From Amphiscolops sp. MND2022 (taxonomy: Eukaryota), in contig OZ076417.1 in the NCBI GenBank assembly GCA_964187785.1, forward strand, positions 49,786,001-49,850,000: a stretch of DNA of 64,000 nt. The letters run 5' to 3'. The translations under genes and the position numbers were made by a program. Below, one piece after another: positions 63,366 to 64,000 of this stretch (its first letter is position 1; each line of letters opens with the position of its first letter). The notes below the pieces were generated by a model. It searched no databases, was not told the origin of the DNA, and was given only the letters and a program-made list of their open reading frames with translations.

Positions 63366-64000
63366 GTAAAAGAAGGTATCATGACAGTTAGACATCAAGC
63401 GGTGTGATTCTGGAATATTTTTTTGAACAACTGAAAAAAATCATGATTCATTCGAAATCGTACTGGAATAGGAAATTCTAATAGTTTACACTATCGATCA
63501 GTAGAACAGCGCAAACGTAATTCAGAAAAAAATGATCTTTATGCAAATGTTATTGGAGTTTTTGTTGAGCAGGAAATTAGTCAAATACAATCATTTACAT
63601 ATGCTGGCAAGGAATTTTATCTCTTCACAAAAACTTTCCAGAAAAATCGAATAACAAAACTTGTGATACTGCTACGCTTTAGATTTTTCATAAAATCAAT
63701 ACGCGAATAAGTCAATGAAATATTCGCATTTGCTTTAAACCGTAACAACCGTGATTTTTAGTTATACAACAATGACACGGATTGCGTAGTTTTGGAAATT
63801 AGAAATTCTTGCCATTTTCTTTGCAAACATAGGAAAAACCTGCTGGAACTTCGGAACAAATCGTGCTAATTTAAATTCACAGTTCTCGTGAAATTTTGGT
63901 TGAGAAAAGTACGTAATTTGATGTTTATTTTACTGAAACATTAATAGACATTAATGGCACATGAAAGGATTGTTTAAAATTGTACAAGTCTGGTGGTCCA

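Overview
AT-rich, repeat-dense eukaryotic DNA, probably from an invertebrate animal; I cannot identify the species from sequence. It is mostly intronic or intergenic. The dominant structure is a 25-kb tandem array (30664-~56072). A ~3.4-kb host block occurs 4 times, alternating with 3 copies of a 5'-truncated Ty3/Gypsy retrotransposon on the minus strand (RT, RNase H, integrase, PPT and one 202-bp LTR). The LTR end interrupts a pogo/Tigger transposase remnant in copies 1-3. Copy 4 has the empty site and continues into the rest of the transposase. Elsewhere there is a decayed Mutator/foldback element, at least 10 copies of a Helentron-like (HINE/DINE-type) non-autonomous repeat, and many MITEs with readable TIRs and TSDs. 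There are also three near-perfect spacer-less palindromes (70, 177 and 130 bp) and one convincing host exon, the N-terminal half of an Ig-like domain on the minus strand. Coordinates and difference counts were read by eye and may be off by a few bases. No database searches were run.
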